Of a stretch of DNA of 34,561 bases, positions 18,865 through 30,867 are shown piece by piece. A program made the translations under genes and the position numbers. Every line of letters begins with the position of its first letter. Position 1 is the first letter of the stretch. The notes beneath the pieces were generated by a model. The model did not search any database, was not told the origin of the DNA, and was given only the letters and a program-made list of their open reading frames with translations. This DNA is from Candidatus Planktophila sp. (GTDB taxonomy: Bacteria > Actinomycetota > Actinomycetes > Nanopelagicales > Nanopelagicaceae), in assembly GCA_964201135.1 (NCBI GenBank), contig CAXNDE010000001.1, positions 1 through 34,561 on the forward strand. Direction: 5' to 3'.

Positions 18865-19749
18865 TTACGTGAGTATTACCCAAGCACCACTGATCGCTAC
18901 TTTGACTTTGCCCAGTGGGTTAATGGCAGGTCCCACTACCGGCTTTGCCGACTTAAATGGATCAAACTCTGCCAAATGGCAAGGGCATTTCAAGATTTTC
19001 TTAGCCGGTTCATAGGCAACTGTGCAGCCTTGATGAGTACAGATCGTAGAGTAGGCAAAGACACCGGTCTTAGTTCTAAATAAAATCGCTGGCGCCCCAT
19101 CTGCTAAGACAAAGTTTTTTGTTGCACCCACTTTAAGTGATGACAGTTTTACAATTTTGGTGGGAGTAGCCGCACTGGCACTATCTTGCATCGCCTTAGG
19201 CGTGAAGAATTTACCCGCACCAGCAAAGGCAGCCGAGAGCCCTGCGATGATTGCGATACGCATTACCCCACGACGCTCTAATGACATTGAAAAACCCTTT
19301 CGCTTATTTTTAATGAGAAGTAAGTAGGACAACCATAGAATGGCATAGGCAGTATTGCTGGCTAAGAAATATGGGGAGGCGGTAAAAGTACTCGCCAGCC
19401 ATAAGCTGAGCGACATTGAAAACCCACCTAAGGCTGCCAGGGTCGGTGCAACCCATAAAAGCGTTGCAAGGCCAATTGCAAACTCGCCCACCATCACTAC
19501 GACACCAACGTGCATTGAGTACTCTACTAATCTATCGAACACACCCGCTCCCAGCGGAGACTGCCTTGAATAGCCGCTGAGTTGTGTGCCGATAAAAGTT
19601 GTTGAGTCGCGGCTTAAAAATCCGGCATCGGTTGCCTTATCCCAGCCTGCATAGATCCATGTACAGCCCAGCCACGCTCGCATAATGCGCAGGGCCCATG
19701 ATTGATTGCGCCATGAATTTGCGGCAGTAGCCAAGAGATTTATTGCCAT
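18865..19749 (-). CDS. DoxX/DoxD-like membrane protein fused to C-terminal Rieske [2Fe-2S] domain
   Basis: LR..LG..W.YAG..K and GE.AIGL..L DoxX motifs; CTHQGC and CPCH Rieske boxes; GPA..PL. Confidence 0.85.
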   Translation of the reverse strand: MAINLLATAANSWRNQSWALRIMRAWLGCTWIYAGWDKATDAGFLSRDSTTFIGTQLSGYSRQSPLGAGVFDRLVEYSMHVGVVVMVGEFAIGLATLLWVAPTLAALGGFSMSLSLWLASTFTASPYFLASNTAYAILWLSYLLLIKNKRKGFSMSLERRGVMRIAIIAGLSAAFAGAGKFFTPKAMQDSASAATPTKIVKLSSLKVGATKNFVLADGAPAILFRTKTGVFAYSTICTHQGCTVAYEPAKKILKCPCHLAEFDPFKSAKPVVGPAINPLGKVKVAISGAWVILT

Positions 19750-19795
19750 ACGGGAGATAGTAAAGGCAAAAGGGTGAAAGCGCCTGCTCTCAATG

Positions 19796-19867
19796 CTCCC
19801 TGACTTGGATTCGAACCAAGAACCTGTCGATTAACAGTCGACTGCTCTGCCGTTGAGCTATCAGGGA
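19796..19867 (-). tRNA. tRNA-Asn(GTT)
   Basis: Reverse complement TCCCTGATAGCTCAACGGCAGAGCAGTCGACTGTTAATCGACAGGTTCTTGGTTCGAATCCAAGTCAGGGAG; CCA not encoded. Confidence 0.96.
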
Positions 19868-19928
19868 TCAATCTGTACGAGCGCAAACTCTAGCGCACAC
19901 GGGCATTGTTGCGAAAATTGAGGGTTTT

Positions 19929-21767
19929 TTAAAGGCTTCCAACGGCTAAATCATGCAGTGATCTGCGGGTGGTTTCGAGGGCAACTAAGGCGGCAAATGC
20001 AGCGTTGTATTCGATCTCATTTTCAACTGGGTTAAGACGCTGAAGGCTGGATTTTAATTCTGCGATAGACCTTGATATTGCAACTTCACGTAGCCGAGCG
20101 ATAATGCTTTCAACATAGAGCGCAGTTGCTCTGCCATCGGCGCGGATGGGTTCGACGCTTAATTCAGTGAAGAGTGTCTTTATCTTCTCATCAGTGATTG
20201 TCTCCATCGACAGTACCTGCTTTTCATCAATAGTCTTGCGCATTTCACGGTATGCCGGATGAGTAAAAGCATCTGCCTCGATATCTGACCATAAACTCTC
20301 AATAAATAAGGCCGGCTCTTGTAGGCGAGATTTGAGAACCTCACGCTCTAAAATTAGCCGTGCATCATGTGGATCAGGTCGCCAATTACTCTCTTCACCT
20401 GCAACTGCGGTGGGCTGCTGTGTACGAGGATGAGATTTTACGCCCTGCGATACTGCCGCGGAGACGATTTCGACTTCTAGACCTAACCACCCTGCAAGTA
20501 GGCGCGTGTATTCAGGACGTAGAGACTTATCTCGAATCTGGGCAACTAATGGCGCCGCAGCGTTGAGTGCATTGATGCGGCCCTCGGCTGCATCTAACTT
20601 GTGGTGTGTCAACTCGCTACGAATTGCAAACTCAAAGAGAGGAACTCTTCGTGCAATTAAATCACGGAGGGCTAAATCCCCTTTTTGTTGGCGCAAATCA
20701 CATGGATCTAATCCATCTGGTTCGACTGCAACGAAGGTCTGTGTCACAAACTTTTGATCCTCGCTAAATGCTCGTAAGGCAGCTTTTTGTCCCGCGGCAT
20801 CACCATCAAAGGTAAATATAACTTCGCCGCGAAATGCATCGTCATCCATTAATAATCTGCGCAAGATTCGGATGTGGTCTGCTCCAAATGCAGTGCCACA
20901 GGTTGCTACGGCCGTAGTTATTCCAGCAAGTTGGGCGGCCATGACATCGGTATAGCCCTCAACTATGACGGCCTGGCGCTTCTTTGCGATCTCTTTTTTT
21001 GCCACATCGAGTCCGTATAAAACCTGACTCTTTTTATAGATGGGAGTCTCTGGAGTATTTAAATACTTGGGTCCTTGATCGGCTTCATCACTTGCCAATT
21101 TGCGTGCGCCAAAGCCAACAACGTCCCCTGAGATATCTCTGATTGGCCAGGTCAGACGGTTACGAAATCTATCTATCGGACCGCGCTGGCCCATCTTGGA
21201 TAATCCAGCGGTTTCTAACTCATCGATTGTGTAATCCATAGCGCGCAGATGTTTAGTAAGCGCATCCCATTCATCGGGGGCAAAACCAACGCCAAACTGC
21301 ATACAGGCAGCTTTATCGAAGCCGCGCTTTGTTAATAAATCTCGGCCATGAGCGGCTGCAGGAGCGTTGAGTTGTTCTTGATAAAACTTTGCCGCCTCGG
21401 TATTAGCTGCGATTAAACGAGAGCGAGCTCCTGCTGAAAATGTTGGAGTATTACTACCGCCCTCTTCATAGCGAAGGGTATAACCCAAGCGCTCTGCCAA
21501 TCGCTCGATGGTTTCAGTGAAAGTTAAGTGATCAATCTTCATTAAAAAAGCAATGACATCGCCACCAGTTTGACAGCCAAAGCAGTGAAAAAATCCTTTA
21601 CTCGGGGTAACGGTAAAAGAGGGAGACTTCTCATCGTGAAATGGGCACAAGCCTTTCTTTGCACCCCCGCCCGCGCTCTTTAACTGGACGTAATCGCCGA
21701 CCACCTCATCGATAGGTGAGCGATCACGGATGTAGGCAACATCCTCATCTCGTATACGCCCGCTCAT
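19929..21767 (-). CDS. dnaG: DNA primase
   Basis: CPFHDEKSPSF...CFGC zinc finger, KYLNTPET, VEGYTDV, FDGDAAG Toprim. Confidence 0.97.
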   Translation of the reverse strand: MSGRIRDEDVAYIRDRSPIDEVVGDYVQLKSAGGGAKKGLCPFHDEKSPSFTVTPSKGFFHCFGCQTGGDVIAFLMKIDHLTFTETIERLAERLGYTLRYEEGGSNTPTFSAGARSRLIAANTEAAKFYQEQLNAPAAAHGRDLLTKRGFDKAACMQFGVGFAPDEWDALTKHLRAMDYTIDELETAGLSKMGQRGPIDRFRNRLTWPIRDISGDVVGFGARKLASDEADQGPKYLNTPETPIYKKSQVLYGLDVAKKEIAKKRQAVIVEGYTDVMAAQLAGITTAVATCGTAFGADHIRILRRLLMDDDAFRGEVIFTFDGDAAGQKAALRAFSEDQKFVTQTFVAVEPDGLDPCDLRQQKGDLALRDLIARRVPLFEFAIRSELTHHKLDAAEGRINALNAAAPLVAQIRDKSLRPEYTRLLAGWLGLEVEIVSAAVSQGVKSHPRTQQPTAVAGEESNWRPDPHDARLILEREVLKSRLQEPALFIESLWSDIEADAFTHPAYREMRKTIDEKQVLSMETITDEKIKTLFTELSVEPIRADGRATALYVESIIARLREVAISRSIAELKSSLQRLNPVENEIEYNAAFAALVALETTRRSLHDLAVGSL

Positions 21768-21776
21768 ATGCTCACT

Positions 21777-22994
21777 TTAGTGATTAGCCAGTAGACGTGT
21801 ATGTAAGACATAGGCGCCAGGATCTGTCAGGGCGGCGACTTGATCGATTATTACCCGCATACGTGCACCCTCATCGGCGGCTTCGTTCCAGGCCTTAATA
21901 AATATTGAATCGAGCTCACGTGGTGCACACGCCATGAGCATCTCCACAAGCTCGCGAATGATTATCTGCTGCTTTGCATAGCGCTCCTGCGAGTGATCTG
22001 CGTTGATTAAATATTGCCCAGCAATGGCTTTGAGGAAATCTACTTCGACAACTTGATCGCGTGGAATCTCTAGATCGGCGCTATAGCGTGAAAGTGGGCC
22101 ATCACCATGAACTCTGCGGGTTTGAACTTCGGCAGCTAAGACAAAGCGTCCGATTAACTGGGAGGTTGAATCCTTTAACCTAGCGAGTGAGCGAAGAGTG
22201 CCATCATAATAATGTGGCCAGGCCGAGAGCGCAGCTAAACGTGCATGTGCATCGATAGCCTCTTGCTCGGTGGCATCGCTGCCATAATCCTTTCTCATTA
22301 CATGATGGATATCAGCTAAATCTTTTTCAAAGTTCTTAACTGAGATTTGGTTGACAAATATTGCATCCTCTAAATCATGGACAGAGTAAGCGCAGTCATC
22401 GGACCAATCCATAATCTGCGCCTCGATACACTTCTTACCAACTGGTGCACCAGTGCGCATCCAGTTAAAGCTCTCTACATCATCATCGTAGACACCAAAT
22501 TTGCGCGGGTTTTGCGAGCGTGGCCATGGATACTTTGTCGCACCATCTAAGGATGCTCGGGTTAAGTTAAGACCAATACTATTTCCCTGTGCATCAACGG
22601 TCTTGGCCTCAAGGCGTACTAATAATCTAAAGCTCTGCGCATTACCCTCAAAGCCACCACAATCCTCTGCGATCTGCGCAAGTGCCTCTTCCCCGTTGTG
22701 CCCAAATGGTGGATGGCCTAAATCATGTGCTAAGCAAGCTGTGTCCTGTAAATCAGGATCTGCGCCGAGTGATTCTCCAAGCTCGCGACCGATCTGTGCG
22801 CACTCAAGTGAGTGAGATAGACGTGTGCGCTGAAAATCATTCTCCCACGGCACTGCAACTTGTGTCTTTGCAGCTAAGCGACGAAGAGCTGCAGAGTGAA
22901 TAACTCGTGCACGGTCACGCATGAACTCAGTACGCCCCGGTCGTTTTGCTGGCTCATCTAAAAATCGCTCGTTATCGTGTTCGCTATAGCTCAC
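21777..22994 (-). CDS. dgt: Deoxyguanosinetriphosphate triphosphohydrolase (HD family)
   Basis: RDRARVIHSAALRRL..KTQV, RTRLSHSLE, HDLGHPPFGHNGE, FEGNAQ; adjacent to dnaG. Confidence 0.95.
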   Translation of the reverse strand: MSYSEHDNERFLDEPAKRPGRTEFMRDRARVIHSAALRRLAAKTQVAVPWENDFQRTRLSHSLECAQIGRELGESLGADPDLQDTACLAHDLGHPPFGHNGEEALAQIAEDCGGFEGNAQSFRLLVRLEAKTVDAQGNSIGLNLTRASLDGATKYPWPRSQNPRKFGVYDDDVESFNWMRTGAPVGKKCIEAQIMDWSDDCAYSVHDLEDAIFVNQISVKNFEKDLADIHHVMRKDYGSDATEQEAIDAHARLAALSAWPHYYDGTLRSLARLKDSTSQLIGRFVLAAEVQTRRVHGDGPLSRYSADLEIPRDQVVEVDFLKAIAGQYLINADHSQERYAKQQIIIRELVEMLMACAPRELDSIFIKAWNEAADEGARMRVIIDQVAALTDPGAYVLHTRLLANH

Positions 22995-23644
22995 GGCACA
23001 ACCTTAGTGAGGATATCTGCGCCAGGTAAATGATCGCTGACCTGAATGCCACGCCGGCCAATGGTTATATAGACCAGATAAGCCCCCGCCTCGCGCAGTA
23101 AATACTTGTAGCCCGATTGCGAAATTGTATTGGGGCCAGTTTGTACAGGTGAGCATGTACTAACAATGCCTTGATCATTTGCCATCACCATTGCGCGTTG
23201 GCAGTGAAATGGATCGGTCACAATAATTACATCACTCACCATCCTCTTTTTCATGAGTGCTGCATAAGCCTTTGTGCTCACTAACGTATCGCGACCTTCT
23301 TCAACGGCAGTTACTCTTTTTGCTGGCACACCATGTGCACGTAGCCATGCTTTACCCGATGCCGCCTCTGTTGTTCGATCACCAGGAGCTCCTGCACCAA
23401 CGGTGATAATGGATGGAGCTAAACCTAAATCAAAGATCCGCTTAGCTTCAATTAAGCGCGCTTCTAGCACATCTCCTGGGCGCCCATCTAGCTGAGCTGC
23501 ACCTAAAACCACGATGACATCGGCGCTACGTACAATGGGATTATTGGCCGCGCGCCAAACTTTTGATACGGCATAACCTGGAGCAATTAATGCAACGATA
23601 ATAATTAACGTTAACGTGCGGCGGATCCAACGAAATAAAAACAT
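22991..23644 (-). CDS. YdcF/DUF218 family membrane-anchored protein
   Basis: N-terminal TM, ADVIVVLGAA, L.ARL, TEA, VTDPFH..RA, LRE motifs. Confidence 0.85.
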   Translation of the reverse strand: MFLFRWIRRTLTLIIIVALIAPGYAVSKVWRAANNPIVRSADVIVVLGAAQLDGRPGDVLEARLIEAKRIFDLGLAPSIITVGAGAPGDRTTEAASGKAWLRAHGVPAKRVTAVEEGRDTLVSTKAYAALMKKRMVSDVIIVTDPFHCQRAMVMANDQGIVSTCSPVQTGPNTISQSGYKYLLREAGAYLVYITIGRRGIQVSDHLPGADILTKVVP

Positions 23645-24787
23645 CTATCCCCCCGAAAAAGCATCTTCGAGTTCGACATGAACAAGTTCGTCGGGATCAT
23701 TGAGCCAACCATCAGGCAAAGTCGGTGGGCGGCCATGACTAGTACGTCCACGTGGTTTATCGCCGACTTCCACTGGATAGGGCTGATCCTCTAGTTGATC
23801 TAAAAGCCCGCGCATTTCAATTAATGAAGAGACCATCCCTAGGTCATGGCGTATTTCGCGGGGAACACTAAAACCCTTTAAGTACCAGGCCATGTGTTTT
23901 CGCATATCGCGCATTCCGCGATCCTCAGACTCTAGATACTCGACGATTAAGTGAGCATGACGAAACATTACTTCGCGCACTTGATGCAGCGTGGGTGTTA
24001 ACTCTTTGTTGACTCCTTGCAAAGAAGAAACCAAATCGGCAAATAACCATGGCCGCCCTAAACATCCACGTCCAACAACTACTCCTGCGCAACCAGTTTG
24101 CGCCACCATATTGAGGGCATCGCTCCCCGACCAGATATCGCCATTGCCTAAGACCGGTACCCCGCTGGGCTTTAAATGCTCCACAAGGCGGGTGATCGCC
24201 GACCAATCAGATTTACCTTCATACATTTGGGCCGCGGTGCGCGCATGCAGTGCTACCCAGGCAACACCTAGATCTGCAGCAGATTTCGCCGCCTCTAAAT
24301 ACGTATGGTGGTCACTGTCTATACCGATGCGCATTTTTACTGTGACTGGAATACCAAATGGCCGTGCAGCCTCAACGGCTGCTTGGACAATATTAGAAAA
24401 AAGTTTTCGCTTGTAAGGAAGGGCTGCTCCGCCACCTTTGCGTGTCACTTTCGGAACCGGACACCCAAAGTTCATATCGATGTGATCGGCTAACTTTTCC
24501 TTACCGAGCATCGTTACTGCCGCACGCATAGTCGTTGGATCAACGCTGTATAACTGCACAGATCTCGGCCACTCATCTTTGCCCGGCACAATCATGCGCA
24601 GAGTCTCAGGACGACGTTCGATTAATGCGCGTGCTGTGACCATTTCAGAGACGAATAAACCCGCTCCTTGTTCACGACAGAGCGTGCGAAATGGTGCATT
24701 TGTTATTCCAGCCATCGGCGCTAAAACAACCGGTGGATCAATGTAATGATCACCACTTGAAAGTGGAAGTAATAGTGGTTTTAGCAC
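23645..24787 (-). CDS. dusB: tRNA dihydrouridine synthase B
   Basis: [38 protein letters not shown]; start uncertain (GTG 24787 or 24811). Confidence 0.92.
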   Translation of the reverse strand: MLKPLLLPLSSGDHYIDPPVVLAPMAGITNAPFRTLCREQGAGLFVSEMVTARALIERRPETLRMIVPGKDEWPRSVQLYSVDPTTMRAAVTMLGKEKLADHIDMNFGCPVPKVTRKGGGAALPYKRKLFSNIVQAAVEAARPFGIPVTVKMRIGIDSDHHTYLEAAKSAADLGVAWVALHARTAAQMYEGKSDWSAITRLVEHLKPSGVPVLGNGDIWSGSDALNMVAQTGCAGVVVGRGCLGRPWLFADLVSSLQGVNKELTPTLHQVREVMFRHAHLIVEYLESEDRGMRDMRKHMAWYLKGFSVPREIRHDLGMVSSLIEMRGLLDQLEDQPYPVEVGDKPRGRTSHGRPPTLPDGWLNDPDELVHVELEDAFSGG

Positions 24788-26160
24788 CCTAGTAAACGTG
24801 GCGCTAACCACGCTTCGACATTATCAATGCCGATACGCTCTTGTGTCATTGTGTCGCGATCGCGAATTGTGACGGCATTATCTTCTAGGGTTTCAAAGTC
24901 GATGGTAATGCAGTACGGAGTACCGATCTCATCTTGACGGCGATAGCGGCGTCCAATTGCACCGGCATCATCAAAGTCGATGCTCCAGTTCTTTCGCAAC
25001 TGTGCTGCGAGATCGCGTGCCTTAGGTGAAAGATCAGCATTACGAGAAAGCGGTAAGAGTGCAGCTTTAATCGGTGCTAAACGATAATCGAGCTTTAACA
25101 CTGCACGCTTTTCCATCTCGCCCTTGCTATTGGGCGCCTCATCTTCGGTGAAGGCATCCATTAAGAAGGTCAGTGCGCAACGGTCAACACCGGCTGCAGG
25201 TTCGATAACAAATGGTGTCCAACGCTCGCCCTTTTCTTGATCAAAGTAGGACAAATCTTTACCAGAGGCGGCAGAGTGGGCCTTTAAATCAAAATCGGTG
25301 CGATTAGCGATACCTTCGAGCTCGCCCCATTCGGTGCCGGCAAACTCAAACTTGTACTCGATATCGGCTGTGCGCTTTGAATAATGTGACAACTTCTCTT
25401 TTGGATGATCAAAGAGACGCAGACGATCGGGATTAATTCCTAAATCTATGTACCAGGCCATGCGTGTATCGATCCAGTACTGATGCCACTCTTCATCGGT
25501 ACCAGGAACAACAAAGAACTCCATCTCCATCTGCTCAAATTCGCGCGTACGAAAAATAAAGTTTCCTGGAGTAATTTCATTGCGGAAAGATTTTCCAATC
25601 TGTCCAATACCAAATGGAGGTTTTTTGCGCGATGTTGTCATGACCTGATCGAAATTAATAAAGATTCCCTGCGCAGTTTCAGGACGCAGATAAGCCAACC
25701 CTGATTCATCTTCCACAGCTCCGAGGTAGGTCTTTAACATTCCGCTAAATTGCTTTGGCTCAGTGAACTGACCTTTGTTTCCACATGCTGGACAGTTAAT
25801 TTCGCTCAATGATATCGCGGGCTTCTTATGTTTGGCCTCATAGGCCTCCATTAAGTGATCGGCGCGATAGCGCTTATGACATGCCGTGCACTCGGTTAAT
25901 GGATCACTGAAAGTTGCGACATGGCCCGATGCCTCCCAGACCTCTCTCGACAAAATTACGCATGAGTCAAGACCAACGATATCTTCGCGCCCCATGACCA
26001 TAGATTTCCACCACTGGCGCTTAACATTATTTTTTAACTCAACACCTAGGGGGCCGTAATCCCATGATGCTCGAAGTCCGCCATATATTTCAGAGGAGGG
26101 GTAAACAAAACCTCTACGCTTTGCAAGAGCTACGATATTTTCTAAACGATCCGTTGCCAT
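24781..26160 (-). CDS. glyQS: Glycine--tRNA ligase (alpha2 type)
   Basis: [57 protein letters not shown]; ATG 26160 after GGAG. Confidence 0.97.
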   Translation of the reverse strand: MATDRLENIVALAKRRGFVYPSSEIYGGLRASWDYGPLGVELKNNVKRQWWKSMVMGREDIVGLDSCVILSREVWEASGHVATFSDPLTECTACHKRYRADHLMEAYEAKHKKPAISLSEINCPACGNKGQFTEPKQFSGMLKTYLGAVEDESGLAYLRPETAQGIFINFDQVMTTSRKKPPFGIGQIGKSFRNEITPGNFIFRTREFEQMEMEFFVVPGTDEEWHQYWIDTRMAWYIDLGINPDRLRLFDHPKEKLSHYSKRTADIEYKFEFAGTEWGELEGIANRTDFDLKAHSAASGKDLSYFDQEKGERWTPFVIEPAAGVDRCALTFLMDAFTEDEAPNSKGEMEKRAVLKLDYRLAPIKAALLPLSRNADLSPKARDLAAQLRKNWSIDFDDAGAIGRRYRRQDEIGTPYCITIDFETLEDNAVTIRDRDTMTQERIGIDNVEAWLAPRLLGC

Positions 26161-26225
26161 CTTTTTTGCTCCGTCCGGCTGGCTGTCGGCGAAAAGCAAC
26201 TGGTGTTACTTTGCGTGTCTTCAGT

Positions 26226-26495
26226 TTACTCGTAGGCCCCAGGTTCATCGATCGCGCGGGCTAGAATTGGTATCGCCTCTAATTTGGCACGCGTGGAGCT
26301 CAGGGCCCTTCGGTAGGAGCCGACGTTTTCCCAGTTAGTCGATAAGTGCCAGAGCGTTGGATCATCGAGATTTTGACCGAATACGCCATCAATGAATCCG
26401 GGCGCTTCGGCTAATACGCTCCGAAGAGCTACTAGTTGGGCGCGAAATTCAATGGCTTCACCCAGAGGGATAGCGAATCGGGCAATGGCATGCAT
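26226..26495 (-). CDS. Antibiotic biosynthesis monooxygenase (ABM)-domain protein
   Basis: PGF....GQNLDDP..W....WENVGSYRRALS pattern; TAGGCT 6 nt before ATG. Confidence 0.8.
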   Translation of the reverse strand: MHAIARFAIPLGEAIEFRAQLVALRSVLAEAPGFIDGVFGQNLDDPTLWHLSTNWENVGSYRRALSSTRAKLEAIPILARAIDEPGAYE

Positions 26496-26532
26496 GGTGT
26501 GAGCCTAGTGGCGAGCGAGAGATGTGATTGAT

Positions 26533-26551
26533 AATGAAAATCATTTTCATT
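26533..26551. promoter_or_regulatory. Zur box (perfect 9-1-9 palindrome)
   Basis: AATGAAAAT-C-ATTTTCATT immediately upstream of TAGGAT -10 and the ZIP-zur operon; matches the actinobacterial Zur consensus. Confidence 0.88.
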
Positions 26552-26568
26552 TACGCTAGGATCACGCA

Positions 26569-27309
26569 ATGAATATCGCAATCGGCTTGGCCGCGGTAAC
26601 GGCCATCGCTACCACTGCAGGTGGCTTCCTTGCTATCCGCTCACGGGATCGACTCCATCTTGTGCTCGGACTCTCAGCTGGTCTGCTCCTTGGACTCGTT
26701 GCCTTTGATCTTTTGCCTGAGGTCTTCGAACTCAATACCAATACCTTCGGAAATGTTCGGGTTGTAGCCATCGCATTCGTGCTGGGCTTTCTTGGACTCC
26801 ACTTTGCCGAACAGTTCTTTGGTTCGCACGAGCCTGCTGAATCTGATTATGGACATGAACATGAGCACTCAGCCAATATTGCAGGAACCCTCGGTGCACT
26901 TGCAATGGGTGGACACGTCTTCTTAGATGGAGTTGCACTTGGGCTCTCATTTAAAGTCAGTAACGCCCTAGGGATAGCCGTCTTTATAGCGATTTTATCG
27001 CATGCATTCTCTGATGGATTAAATACCGTCTCACTATTGATCAAAAGTGGCCACTGGACTAAAAGAGCAATTGCATTATTAGGACTTGATGCAATCATGC
27101 GCATTAGCGGTGCAGCCCTTGGTACCTATGTTGTCATTAGCGATGCATCTCTCTCAATCTATTTAGCAATGTTTTCTGGCTTTGTTATCTATCTTGCAAC
27201 ATCACATATCCTGCCTGAAGCACATTCGCGCCATCCATCAAGAATGACAATGTTGGCAACTGTTATCGGTGTGATTGCAATGTGGCTTATTGTTGGAAAT
27301 ATTGGATGA
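26569..27309 (+). CDS. ZIP family zinc/metal transporter
   Basis: SAGLLLG..FDLLPE, His-rich loop HEHEH, HVFLDG and HAFSDG metal sites, ILPEAH. Confidence 0.9.
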   Translation: MNIAIGLAAVTAIATTAGGFLAIRSRDRLHLVLGLSAGLLLGLVAFDLLPEVFELNTNTFGNVRVVAIAFVLGFLGLHFAEQFFGSHEPAESDYGHEHEHSANIAGTLGALAMGGHVFLDGVALGLSFKVSNALGIAVFIAILSHAFSDGLNTVSLLIKSGHWTKRAIALLGLDAIMRISGAALGTYVVISDASLSIYLAMFSGFVIYLATSHILPEAHSRHPSRMTMLATVIGVIAMWLIVGNIG

Positions 27310-27671
27310 GTCGATCTAACCCACGGGTCTTGAGCGTTCTTGAGCGCGCTGGCGGTTTTGCTAGCGCTCAAGAGGTATACCGACTCATGCAGCGTGAGGG
27401 CGAGAGCATTGGTTTGACCACGGTTTATCGTGCCTTGCAATCTCTAGTCAATGACAAAATCGTTGATATCTTGCGCCGCGATGATGGTGAGGCGATCTAT
27501 CGACTGTGCGGTGATGCCCATCATCATCATCTTGTCTGCAAGGGCTGCGGTGGCACCGTTGAAATTGAAGGTGGGGCAGTTGAAAAGTGGGCAAAGGTAA
27601 TGGCCGAAGAACATGGATTTAGAGATGTTGGACATACAGCTGAGATCTTTGGTCTATGTTTAAAGTGCTAG
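27306..27671 (+). CDS. zur: Fur family regulator, probably Zur
   Basis: IGLTTVYRAL, HHHHLVCKGC, GLCLKC; ATGA coupling to ZIP; position between glyQS and uppS-recO as for actinobacterial zur. Confidence 0.85.
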   Translation: MSRSNPRVLSVLERAGGFASAQEVYRLMQREGESIGLTTVYRALQSLVNDKIVDILRRDDGEAIYRLCGDAHHHHLVCKGCGGTVEIEGGAVEKWAKVMAEEHGFRDVGHTAEIFGLCLKC

Positions 27672-27675
27672 TTAA

Positions 27676-28380
27676 TTAGACCTTTCCGAAACGTCTATCA
27701 CGCTTTGAATACTCCTCGATAGCCGTCCATAAGGTTTTACGCGTTACATCTGGCCATAGGACATCCATAAAAACAAACTCGGCATAAACCGATTGCCACG
27801 GCAAGAAGTTGCTGGTGCGCTGCTCCCCTGAGGAGCGCAAGAATAAATCCACATCGCTCATTGTTGGTGAATCTAAATACTTAGCAAAGCTCTTCTCTGT
27901 AATCGAATCTAGCCTCACTTTGCCCCGCTTCACATCTCGGGCAAGGGCAGTTGCCGCATCAACGATTTCAGAGCGACCACCATAATTAACGCACATATTT
28001 AAAGTTAAAGTTTTGTTTTTTTTCGTTAACTCCTCAGCCTCTTCTAACTCTTTGATCACACTGCTCCATAATCTCTTTGGCCGACCTACCCAGCGAATAC
28101 GCACACCCATCGCATTCATCTCATCGCGCCGACGCCTAATGACATCGCGATTAAATCCCATTAAAAACTTCACTTCCTCCGGAGATCGCCGCCAATTTTC
28201 CGTTGAAAATGCGTAAGCACTTATCTCTTTGACTCCATACTCAATAGCACCTTCAACGACATCAAATAGAGCGGCCTCACCCGCTTCATGACCAGCGGTG
28301 CGCGCCAAGCCTCTCTTTTGCGCCCATCGTCCATTGCCATCCATAACGATTGCAACATGGTTAGGAATATGAACTGTCAT
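27676..28380 (-). CDS. uppS: cis-isoprenyl diphosphate synthase (UppS family)
   Basis: [46 protein letters not shown]. Confidence 0.95.
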   Translation of the reverse strand: MTVHIPNHVAIVMDGNGRWAQKRGLARTAGHEAGEAALFDVVEGAIEYGVKEISAYAFSTENWRRSPEEVKFLMGFNRDVIRRRRDEMNAMGVRIRWVGRPKRLWSSVIKELEEAEELTKKNKTLTLNMCVNYGGRSEIVDAATALARDVKRGKVRLDSITEKSFAKYLDSPTMSDVDLFLRSSGEQRTSNFLPWQSVYAEFVFMDVLWPDVTRKTLWTAIEEYSKRDRRFGKV

Positions 28381-29108
28381 ACGCGCTCTACCATCGGCAA
28401 ACTCCTTAAACCCCGCTCAAGATGCCATTGTAAATAAGCGGCGATTAAACCGCTAGCCTCTCGGCGATACTTACCTTCACTAGCAGATGCAATCTCCCAA
28501 TCACTTCGAAGAAGCGCATCCATTAATGTCAAGGTTTCAGAGGCAGGGGTTGCACAGGCCGAAGGTCGACAGTCGGCGCATACAGATCCACCACCAACTA
28601 AGGAAAAGTATCGGTGTGGACCTGGTTTTTCACAGCTCGAACAGATTGTCATCGAAGGTGCATAGCCTGCAACATCTAAAGAGCGCAAAAGAAATGCATC
28701 GAGAATAAGTAAAGGTTTATATCGATTCTCAGCTAAAACTTTCATCGCACCAACAACTAAACCAAACTCTTTGAGCGCCGGTTCATGCTCATTAGGACTA
28801 AAGCGCTCTGCCGCCTCTAAGATCGCTGAGGCTACTGTCCAGCGCTGATAATCATCGGTTAAAGCCTCACCGTAGTTCATCATCGCTTCGACTTGTGTGA
28901 TTGTGTCGAAGGTTTTTCCAACGTAAAGCTGCACATCGATATGACTGCCCGGCTCAAGACGTGCCCCGAACTTTGACATCGTGCGTCGAACACCTTTTGC
29001 AACTCCACGGATACGGCCGTGATCACGAGTTAATAAAGTAATAATACGATCGGCTTCTCCAAGTTTTTGGGTGCGCAGCACAATGGCCTCATCCCTATAC
29101 AAACTCAT
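28377..29108 (-). CDS. recO: DNA repair protein RecO
   Basis: [35 protein letters not shown], two CxxC; true start ATG 29108 with TACCTT 7 nt upstream. Confidence 0.95.
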   Translation of the reverse strand: MSLYRDEAIVLRTQKLGEADRIITLLTRDHGRIRGVAKGVRRTMSKFGARLEPGSHIDVQLYVGKTFDTITQVEAMMNYGEALTDDYQRWTVASAILEAAERFSPNEHEPALKEFGLVVGAMKVLAENRYKPLLILDAFLLRSLDVAGYAPSMTICSSCEKPGPHRYFSLVGGGSVCADCRPSACATPASETLTLMDALLRSDWEIASASEGKYRREASGLIAAYLQWHLERGLRSLPMVERV

Positions 29109-29130
29109 ATGGGTAAAGGTAGTGCGTGGA

Positions 29131-30867
<1,737 letters not shown>

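Noticed and set aside
19750-19795. Island integrated at tRNA-Asn
   Set aside because: No duplicate of the tRNA-Asn 3' end was found downstream by eye
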